Shown here: piece after piece, positions 17,510-24,944 of the stretch | How positions within the stretch are numbered: the first letter of the stretch is position 1 | How the letters are laid out: every line of letters begins with the position of its first letter | IMG/VR virus record: IMGVR_UViG_3300045988_170111 | Location: 1-57,257 of that record | Strand: one strand, 5' to 3' | Source of the DNA: a virus | Length of the DNA: 57,257 nt | Program-made: the position numbers and the translations under genes | The notes under the pieces: model-generated | What the model was told of the DNA's origin: nothing | The model's input: the letters and a program-made list of their open reading frames with translations, nothing else | The model's database searches: none

Positions 17510-18265
17510 CTACACCTCCAATGGGAGAATCGGGGAGTGTACGCCTTGCACCCAGCCCATGTCTCCATATTTGTACTTACCCTCATAGAAGGGGCGGTTA
17601 GATAGGATTCCTCGAATGGTGGACGGCTGAAATCTCTTGCCTTTTCGGGTTCGATACCCACCATCGTACAGAATCTCGCAAATGTCCAGCAAAGAGGTGT
17701 GATTCTCGTCATGCTCTCGGAATATCGTCTCCACGATAGGGCGTTCCTCCGGGTTCTGCATGAGCATACCGTCCACGCAGTAGTAACCATACGGCTTATT
17801 GCCGCCGGAATACCCACCGCACTGTGCCTTGATAGACCGCCCACGCCCGGTACGCAGAGCGATGTTCTTTCGCTCCTGTTCCGCAACGAACATCAGCAGA
17901 GAGCGGTAGATGTTGGCGAAATCGTCACCCTCCGAAAAATGCTCCTCGGTAGATAACAGCTTCACGTTCCGCTTCTCGAGCGTGTAGAAGTAATAGAAAT
18001 ACAATTTTGTGTCACGAGCAACACGGTCATTCTTGAACACAATCACAGCTTCATGTGCCGGGAGCTGGTCTGCATTGTAGAGAATTTTGTCCAGTTCCGG
18101 GCGGTTGTCCTTCGCACCGCTGATTGTATCGGTCAGCCAGCACACGATTTCAAAATCATTCCTGTTGGCGTAATCAGAAATCGCCTGTTTCTGTACCTCG
18201 ATACCGTATTTATCGTCCGCAGACTGTTCCTCCGTAGATACACGGATATAACCAATCGCTTTCAC
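17510..18265 (-). CDS. serine recombinase, short form (resolvase catalytic domain plus partial recombinase domain)
   Basis: GYIRVSTEEQ catalytic-serine motif and VFKNDRVARD. The C-terminal ~100 aa resemble the recombinase domain of large serine recombinases, but there is no zinc-ribbon or coiled-coil part. GTG start behind GAGGAGG. Confidence 0.85.
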   Translation of the reverse strand: MKAIGYIRVSTEEQSADDKYGIEVQKQAISDYANRNDFEIVCWLTDTISGAKDNRPELDKILYNADQLPAHEAVIVFKNDRVARDTKLYFYYFYTLEKRNVKLLSTEEHFSEGDDFANIYRSLLMFVAEQERKNIALRTGRGRSIKAQCGGYSGGNKPYGYYCVDGMLMQNPEERPIVETIFREHDENHTSLLDICEILYDGGYRTRKGKRFQPSTIRGILSNRPFYEGKYKYGDMGWVQGVHSPILPLEV

Positions 18266-18391
18266 GAGATATTCACCTCCTCAAGTAGTAAAAGTAGTAG
18301 AAAATCAAAAATTGCGGTAACTTTTGCTATATATGCGTGTACTAAGAGGAAGTTACACGCAAAATGCTGTTTTTCAACTACTTTAACTACT

Positions 18392-18601
18392 TCAATCCTT
18401 CTTTTCGTAGGTGAGAACGATGTTATAGCCGAGAGCGTCCATCATTTTCACGAAGGTATCGTTCACGATTCCACCATTCTTCTTGAGAACTCGGTTGATG
18501 TACTGTCCAGTAGTGCCGATTTCTTCACCCAACTGCTGTTGTGTCTTCCCAGCTTCGAGGAGCTTCACCTTTACATCAACTTCAATGTTATTCTTAACCA
18601 T
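18392..18601 (-). CDS. XRE-family HTH transcriptional regulator
   Basis: 69 aa from MVKNN behind a GGAGG RBS. HTH KTQQQLGEEIGTTGQYINRVLK. Confidence 0.8.
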   Translation of the reverse strand: MVKNNIEVDVKVKLLEAGKTQQQLGEEIGTTGQYINRVLKKNGGIVNDTFVKMMDALGYNIVLTYEKKD

Positions 18602-18633
18602 GTTTTGACCTCCTATATGTTGTTTGTGATACG

Positions 18634-18662
18634 AGTATAGCACGAGAAAGGGAGATTGTCAA
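18634..18662 (-). promoter_or_regulatory. promoter of the XRE regulator gene
   Basis: On the minus strand, TTGACA-17 nt-TATACT, about 30 nt upstream of the RBS. Confidence 0.65.
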
Positions 18663-18679
18663 CACTGATAGGATAATAA

Positions 18680-19228
18680 ATTATCTTTTATAGGGTCTTT
18701 TTATTTTTTGAGAATATTCAGCGTACTCCCTCGCCCGGTTTTGCCCCTTGTCAATCCCCCTCCGGGGGTGTACCCACAAGCCCCGAAAACGCCGCCACAA
18801 GCCCGGGAAACGGTAAACCCATATTTATCAATGGATACAGCGGTGGCGGTGGTACAGTAAGGATTATTTCCTATGTTGAGCCGAATTCCGTAGACCGGAA
18901 AAACGCTCTTCGGTTGACTTCTATGCGTGCTGATGGCGGTACTCCTACCGCAGAAGCGCTTGCATATATGCTGAACCGGTTGGAAAAGCGCTCTGAGCCT
19001 TCGAAGATTTTGTTTGTTGTTACTGATGGAAACAGCAACAATAAAGCATATCTTCCGATGCTTCTGGCCGAAGCTAAACGAAATCATATCATGGTTATTG
19101 CTGCAGGTATTGGTGCTTGTCGCCAAAGAATTCATTCGGAGTTTCCTGAAAACTTCTTGGATATTAGCGATATGAACAGCATGCCTCGCAACATCTGCAA
19201 TATCATCAAACGTAAGCTTGTCAATTAA
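18680..19228 (+). pseudogene. 5'-truncated von Willebrand factor A (vWA) domain gene
   Basis: The frame is open from 18680. The C-terminal part reads GGTPTAEAL...ILFVVTDGNSN...VIAAGIG (vWA-like). No DxSxS MIDAS segment, RBS or ATG is present upstream. Confidence 0.55.
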
Positions 19229-19243
19229 AGGAGGACGATAGTT

Positions 19244-19531
19244 ATGTTGTACGGGCTGATGCAGTCCGATGGGAAAATCATCCGCAAAGAGGCTGAACTC
19301 TATAAGCTTCTTATCACAGCAACCGACAAGGATGGCAAGCGTTTCAACAAAAAGACTTCTGCGACCGTAAAGGTTGGAGATACCGTCTATCGTGAACGCT
19401 ATGTATCCGCCATTTTTGAGTGTACATGCGACACGTCCGATGGGCAGTCTGCACGCACTCATCTTGGTCATACTTATAAGAAAACCGGAATGATTCGCGC
19501 CCCGTTTAAGGTGGTTGCTATCGATACCTAA
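19244..19531 (+). CDS. hypothetical protein
   Basis: 95-aa ORF with an AAAGGAGG RBS, followed by a strong terminator. Confidence 0.7.
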   Translation: MLYGLMQSDGKIIRKEAELYKLLITATDKDGKRFNKKTSATVKVGDTVYRERYVSAIFECTCDTSDGQSARTHLGHTYKKTGMIRAPFKVVAIDT

Positions 19532-19539
19532 AAAATATG

Positions 19540-19570
19540 CCGCTGTCTCGAAAGAGATAGCGGTTTTTTC
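19540..19570 (+). terminator. intrinsic terminator
   Basis: CCGCTGTCTC-gaaa-GAGATAGCGG followed by TTTTTT. Confidence 0.8.
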
Positions 19571-19708
19571 TTATGTATGCTGTTTTTTTGTGCCCCTTAT
19601 TTCGCTAAATTCTTATTTAGCGAAGTTATGCCACGCTTGTTTTTATGTGGGAATTTACTCCCCTCGCTTTCGTTACTTGCATTTTTTAACGCAAATTTGC
19701 AGGACTTA

Positions 19709-19930
19709 ATGCAAGATGCAGCTTTTAGTTTTGCAAATATTGCCCAGCGTCTGCATAAGAGCGATTCTACAATCTCCCGCGAAATCATCCGCAACCGTTA
19801 TCAAGTTAAAACCAGCGCCAACCACACAGTGCTCTGTGCCCGTGCAAATGTCTGCACAATGGCAAACCTTTGCAGCACCGATTGTAACCGTACAAGCTGC
19901 GCTGATTGCGCCGAGGTCTGTCATGTGACC
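19709..19930 (+). pseudogene. N-terminal fragment of an IS30-like transposase
   Basis: FANIAQRLHKSDSTISREIIRNR is an HTH typical of the IS30 family. It is followed by a Cys-rich segment, after which the ORF runs into AT-rich junk. No DDE domain is present. Confidence 0.5.
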
Positions 19931-20120
19931 ACCGCCAAACTACCGGCTACGCCATTGCGCATATCATTCTTGCAAAATCTATCGATGACTGTTACGATTT
20001 TCCTAAAACATATTTATCTTTTCGTCTTATTATATTATATTTATAGTATAGTTGTCATCGCAAAAGAAGATATAAGCTCTGAGTTTATCGCTCATGTAAA
20101 TACATATTGTGTAATGAATA

Positions 20121-20129
20121 TGGTATAAT
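20121..20129 (+). promoter_or_regulatory. extended -10 promoter element
   Basis: TGGTATAAT lies 38 nt upstream of the GTG start at 20167. No good -35 element. Confidence 0.4.
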
Positions 20130-20166
20130 CCGATTTGTATAACACAAACCAAAGGAGAAAAATTAA

Positions 20167-20496
20167 GTGGAGAAAGCATCGTACAGTCTTAGCGCTATCA
20201 GGCATTGCAAGCAATTAGTACAAAACACTTCTTGGAGTACACGGTTAAAATCAGAACACTATACGAGAAGTTCGGAGATAAATAGCTTGTTTGCTTCGTG
20301 CCAAGAACTCCTGCACAGCATACTGTTTTGTCCAGACCTCTCCCCTGCTTATGATTATCAGCAAATGGTCATTTCCAAAAAGTATACAAAAACCCAGCTC
20401 GATAACCAGCTGCGCGTTTGTCGTTCTTTTGCTAATGCTCAAATTTCGCTTATCGAAGATGCAATAAAAGACGGTTCTGTGGATTGCCTGCCTTAA
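20167..20496 (+). CDS. hypothetical protein (moron-like)
   Basis: 109-aa ORF with a GTG start behind AAAGGAG and its own extended -10. It competes with an antisense 176-aa ORF that has poor protein-like composition. Confidence 0.5.
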   Translation: MEKASYSLSAIRHCKQLVQNTSWSTRLKSEHYTRSSEINSLFASCQELLHSILFCPDLSPAYDYQQMVISKKYTKTQLDNQLRVCRSFANAQISLIEDAIKDGSVDCLP

Positions 20497-20763
20497 TTGC
20501 TTCTCATATAAGGAAGTTCGCCAAGCCGGAGGCTGCCAACAAGTCGAAAGCCAAGCACTTAGAATTGACACACTTCTGTCCATTGCAGAGTGGACTTGCC
20601 CGACGTAGGAATTGCAAAACATATAACTCTCCCCCTTCCCTATTGCGATGACAGCCACCAAATGTAGCAAACCTGTTTGTGTTAGTCTTTCGGTCAGAAA
20701 CAGAGTCCTTCCTTGTGCTGTGGCGTGACAGCTTTCTACATAGATTAACTCTGAGAGATTTTT

Positions 20764-20779
20764 TGTTTCTGTTGCTCCC
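20764..20779 (-). repeat. distal inverted copy of the par-region repeat GGGAGCAACAGAAACA
   Basis: Plus strand TGTTTCTGTTGCTCCC is the exact reverse complement of the 16-mer at 26598-26613. Confidence 0.8.
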
Positions 20780-20858
20780 ACAAAATTTCCTCTACATAAT
20801 TTGGCAAAGTTCGGGGCGCAACTATAGCCTCACAAACCAGTTCTTGGCTGCAATATCG

Positions 20859-20889
20859 AATTCTAAAAAAACTCACCCCGCATCGAGGT
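20859..20889 (-). terminator. intrinsic terminator for minus-strand transcripts
   Basis: On the minus strand, ACTCACC-loop-GGTGAGT followed by TTTTTTT. Confidence 0.6.
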
Positions 20890-21190
20890 GAGTGGTATGA
20901 AAAAAAGATATTCTTTTATGCGGTTTTCTCCGGCATATACGATAGAATCGTATATAGTGGCAAAAATCTGACAAATTCGGGTGCAAGGTGTCTGCGCACT
21001 TCTGCAAATACACACCATTTTATCGACATCTCAGACAAACTGTTCGAGTCAGAAGCGCTTTTCGGTAGTGTTGGCAGTGCTTGCTGTCTCTCAGAGTTAC
21101 ATCGCCCACAATACCAGCGCCGCGACCACAGCAACAGCTACAAGCTGCCGTTACCAAAATAGCCATAATCGTTTGCCATAGCACACTACC

Positions 21191-21569
21191 TCATTCGCTA
21201 TATTTGTCCTTGTTCCCTGTGAGAATATCTTCGCAGACAGACGCATACTCCGGCAGCATCTCCAAGAACGGCGTCCAGCGCAGACGCACTTCCTTGGTTT
21301 CCATCTCATCCAGATTACTGCTGTCATTCCAGCTTTCCGTTTCCAAAACGACATCGGTCACAATTTCGCTGAATAGACGGTACGCTAAGCTGTGCGCGGT
21401 GTGGAAGCTGCAATATTCTTCGCCCCGCCGCTTATCGGGATTTATGGTCATTAGGACATACCCGATTTTCTCGGACCAGACAAGGTCTAAGTTGGAATGC
21501 CGGTGGATGTACCCGGAGAAAGCATCGGCAATACGGTCCATTTCTGGGCTTTTCTGAATGTAGTTAGGC
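21191..21569 (-). CDS. hypothetical protein
   Basis: 126 aa from MPNYIQKSPEMD behind a GGAGG RBS. Last gene of a 4-gene minus-strand operon. Confidence 0.65.
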
Positions 21570-21800
21570 ATTATGATGTTGGTCCTCCAAAATTGATATT
21601 TTTTGAATTTCGCTGGCACCAAGTACCGGGATATAGCGTCCCGGCTCGATGACGGCGAGATATGCGTCCTCGGCACCGTTTTGCGGGTAGAACTCATCCA
21701 CCACGCCGCGATGCATATTGTTGTCTTGGTTTTGAGTCCATCGAATACGGGTGCCGCATACACAGCGGCTCATGGTTGCGATGATTTCAGTATTGGTCAT
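21564..21800 (-). CDS. hypothetical protein
   Basis: 78-aa ORF with an AAAGGAG RBS. Overlaps the next gene by 6 nt. Confidence 0.65.
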   Translation of the reverse strand: MTNTEIIATMSRCVCGTRIRWTQNQDNNMHRGVVDEFYPQNGAEDAYLAVIEPGRYIPVLGASEIQKISILEDQHHNA

Positions 21801-21818
21801 GTCTATATTTGACTCCTT

Positions 21819-22055
21819 TCATTCTGCGTAAAAAGGAAGACGTCTGCTGAGTCTTTCGATGAGCGTCTGTGTAGATGCCTTTTTAGCACCCATCTCGATG
21901 CGCTCAATGCTGTTCGGTTTTGCCGTCTCGAACTTTTTAGCCAGATTATCCTCGTACAGGTGCAGAGCCTCGAGGATGGTTTCGACATCGAATTGTCTTG
22001 TAGGGCCGAGGTCATAGTAGTTGTTGCGTCCTGTAGGAATTTGAGGGATGTTCAT
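21819..22055 (-). CDS. hypothetical protein
   Basis: 78-aa ORF with a TAAGGAG RBS. Confidence 0.65.
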   Translation of the reverse strand: MNIPQIPTGRNNYYDLGPTRQFDVETILEALHLYEDNLAKKFETAKPNSIERIEMGAKKASTQTLIERLSRRLPFYAE

Positions 22056-22070
22056 AGCCGCACTCCTTAT

Positions 22071-22487
22071 TTAGTTGCTCTCTTCGGATTCTTCTACCTT
22101 ATATGGCTCGATGTAACGACAGTCAGGGAAGTTCTTGCAGCCATAGAATTGACTGCCCGGCTTCGGACCAAACTTTGCAACGCGGAGCACCAGAGCGCCG
22201 CCGCACAATGGGCAGACCTTCTCGGATTCTTTCTTTTTCTTTTCTAATACGCTCTTCGGAATAGAACCTGTCTCAATCCACTTACGGAATTGCTCGACCG
22301 ACATACTATACTTAGCACCGTCTTTGTCTTTCAGGTCGATTCTGTTTGCGCTGTCAATATAATTTGTCAGCATATATTTTTTCTGCTTTTCGGTGAGCGG
22401 AGTCCACGAATAGGTGTGCTCTGAAAAGCAGATGATGCAGCTATTGTGGACAAGCCGGTGGCGTGGATAGTTTGAGTAATTAGTCAT
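22071..22487 (-). CDS. protein with a C-terminal topoisomerase-type C4 zinc finger
   Basis: Starts MTNYSNY behind a GAGGT RBS. C-terminus CPLCGGALVLRVAKFGPKPGSQFYGCKNFPDCRY matches the topo I-type zinc-ribbon pattern. Confidence 0.7.
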   Translation of the reverse strand: MTNYSNYPRHRLVHNSCIICFSEHTYSWTPLTEKQKKYMLTNYIDSANRIDLKDKDGAKYSMSVEQFRKWIETGSIPKSVLEKKKKESEKVCPLCGGALVLRVAKFGPKPGSQFYGCKNFPDCRYIEPYKVEESEESN

Positions 22488-22578
22488 ATCTGATACCTCG
22501 AATGCAGTGAATTTGGCTGCCATAGTCAGTGATATACACTCCAACTGTGTAGTTGGGGTGTTTTTCTCTCTTTACCAA

Positions 22579-22587
22579 AATTATATC
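22579..22587 (-). promoter_or_regulatory. extended -10 promoter for the 22487-21191 operon
   Basis: On the minus strand, TGATATAAT. No clear -35 element. Confidence 0.4.
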
Positions 22588-23022
22588 AAACTGCGCATCC
22601 TATAATTTGGACTTCCAGCAAGAATACATCATCTTCGGGATAATGTACAAAAACTACAATCCATTTTTGTCATGCAATACCTAAAACGGATTGTATTTGT
22701 TTTGCTTTTCGAGAGCATTCCATTCTTGCTGTCTTGTTCTCGGCGCATCCGACAGCCGACGAGATTCTTAACGAGGTAATTGCCAATTCCTTTTTTTTGT
22801 TTTTGATTTTTTGTTTTCAGAAGACACATATTACTTCGTACCGTGGAGAACTGTGCTGTCTATAACAACTGTAATTTCTTAGTATGTTCGATGTCCTATT
22901 CCGCGCAATCTGACCAAAGAGAGATTTTTACACTTCAAAACCGTAAAAAACTACGTTTAGATATGCTGAGAACCCATTCGCTGCTCTCCCCTTCCCTGTT
23001 TCTAATCAAACCTCCTTGTTTA

Positions 23023-24853
23023 TAAAAGGAGTTTTTTTGTTGCCCTTTTTTAAAAAATGCACTTCAAATAGCACGCAGACGAATACTATCTGTTAAACTA
23101 TTGCAGATAAATACAATATGTAATGTTGTAATTCTCTGTTTTGTTAGTTTTTTGCTCGTCACTATTGTTATTTAGAACACATTTTCCAAATTATTTGAGG
23201 TACTATTGCAGATTTTGAAAAAAGAAACTCCTTTTATCAAAGCAAAGTCTATTTTACTTTTGCTCTGAGGACTCTCTGGTATAGCAGAGAAATAAGCGAA
23301 GCATCACAAGATTTCTCGTAATTTTTAAAAAAACTTCTCCCTTTCTGATTTAGAAAGCCATTAAAAAACGAGCATTTTATTTCGATACTTCGTTGTATTT
23401 ACTTTTTCTGTTTTTTAAAAAATAAAACTCCTTTTATTGTGTAAAGCTCTTTCCTTTACACGCTTATCCTCGTCCGTTCTCCTTCCCTGTTACTTGTCTT
23501 GAAGGGAATTCTTTCCGCCAAGAACAAGTTTTTGCCGGAATTTAATATTTTGAAAAAACAAAACTCCCTTTATCAAAATGCAAAAAAGTAACTCCCCTTA
23601 TCAAATCTAAAAAACAAAACTCCTTTTATCGAAATTTATCGCGCAATCTGAAAAAAGAAACTCCGTTTGGTTCAACAAAACTGCTTCGTCATATCTTATG
23701 TAGTCTTTTGTTCCACATATAGGATAATATATGGTTCAAATCATAACACTTCACCTGTATTTTACGATGCAACGATATAACGCAAGCCATTTTTTAAAAA
23801 ATAAAACTCCTTTTATTCTTCATTCCACTCCCCTACCGTCCATACCAGACGTAGCTTTCCATTGCAAAATCCAATTTTTGAAACAATAAAACTCCTTTTC
23901 TTAAAATTTAAAAAAAGAAACTCCTTTTATGAAGGGCTCAACTGTCGCGTTTAACAAGGAAAAATAATGGTAATGCTGCAATCATGTTCGTTTTGCGCAG
24001 GAGTAGTACGAGATACAAACATTCTGCGTCCAGAGCTCATTTTTTTTAAAAAAATCTCTCCCCTTTATCTTGTGAGCAGTGTTTCAAAAGCACACAATTT
24101 ATAACGGTATATCGATGATATATACTGTCCTATTTTTAAAAAAACAAACCTCCTTTTATGGCTGACGCCATCGCTATAAGCCCTTTCACCTCTCCCCTTC
24201 CACACCAGTGATGCAAAAAGTATCACGACAGACATGGAATTCTCTCCGACTGTCCATGATTTTTGCAACAAAAGACTCCTTTTCTCAAATTTTGGAAAAC
24301 AAACCTCCCTTTCTCAAATTTTGAAAAAAGAAACTCCCTTTGTCGGCACTCCCCTACCCTTCTCCTTTGCAGCGATAAAGACAACTGATGTCTGACGCCG
24401 CGTATGGATGAAGTGAAGTATTTTCTCGGCCTTTGTTTTACGGTGGGGTCTTTCTTTGAAATTTTAAAAAGCAAAACTCCTTTTATCGTATCCGCTGGTG
24501 CTCCCCTCTTCCTTGACAGCGTACAGAAAATACCGTTCAGTCAGGTGCAAATCATCTAATACGACAAGTTATTCTGCCATATGAATGCTATTTGTCAGTC
24601 ATGCTCTATCTCAAAAGGAGTTTTGTTGATTACAATATTATCAAAAATTCTCCCTTTGACCCATCAATTCGACTCCCTCCGAAAGTGAAAAAAACTCCTT
24701 TTTAGCATCAACAAAACTCCCACCCTACATATATATAATAAATAGAAATAAAGAGATAAAAAATAAAATTATTATTTTTAAAAATAACGACAGACAATAA
24801 AACTCCCTTTATCACAAAAGGGAAAATCTTATTGACAACTTCCCCTTTATGGT
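23023..24853 (+). repeat. iteron field (more than 20 copies)
   Basis: Consensus is TTTTGAAAAAAnAAAACTCC(C/T)TTTATC. ACTCC cores lie at 23227, 23427, 23563, 23591, 23619, 23660, 23806, 23891, 23920, 24275, 24333, 24476, 24694, 24812 and elsewhere. CCTCC/TCTCC variants and two inverted copies (23023-23040, 24612-24625) are also present. Confidence 0.85.
24721..24790. other. AT-rich DNA-unwinding element of the plasmid origin
   Basis: About 70 nt of nearly pure A/T (CATATATATAATAAATAGAAATAAAGAGATAAAAAATAAAATTATTATTTTTAAAAATAA) between iterons and just upstream of rep. Confidence 0.6.
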
Positions 24854-24860
24854 GTAGTAT
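24832..24860 (+). promoter_or_regulatory. rep promoter with an iteron-like site in the spacer
   Basis: TTGACA-17 nt-TAGTAT. The spacer contains ACTTCCCCTTTAT, a degenerate iteron core. Confidence 0.55.
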
Positions 24861-24944
24861 GTACTTACGAAAAAAGGCCGAGAAAGCTTATAACGGGCGT
24901 TGTAGGATGTCGGGCTTCATCTAATAGAAAGCCGGTTACTATTT

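Noticed and set aside
17510-18265. Serine recombinase as a conventional large serine integrase of a chromosomally integrating prophage
   Set aside because: At 251 aa it lacks the zinc-ribbon and coiled-coil domains. No att-like site or host flanks are present, and the element carries Rep/iterons/ParAB, indicating extrachromosomal maintenance.
18701-19471. 256-aa minus-strand ORF
   Set aside because: It overlaps the plus-strand vWA remnant and the well-supported 95-aa gene (AAAGGAGG RBS plus terminator). It has no RBS and implausible composition.
20251-20781. 176-aa minus-strand ORF
   Set aside because: It has no RBS and is Cys/Trp-rich. It overlaps the plus-strand gene 20167-20496, which has a promoter and RBS. 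It is kept only as part of the ORF-poor-region finding.
23023-24853. Repeat-spacer pattern that superficially resembles a CRISPR array
   Set aside because: Repeats are degenerate and A/T-rich, and spacing varies from about 28 to 140 nt. Two copies are inverted, no cas genes are present, and the array abuts an AT-rich DUE and a Rep_3-like initiator. Iterons explain it better.
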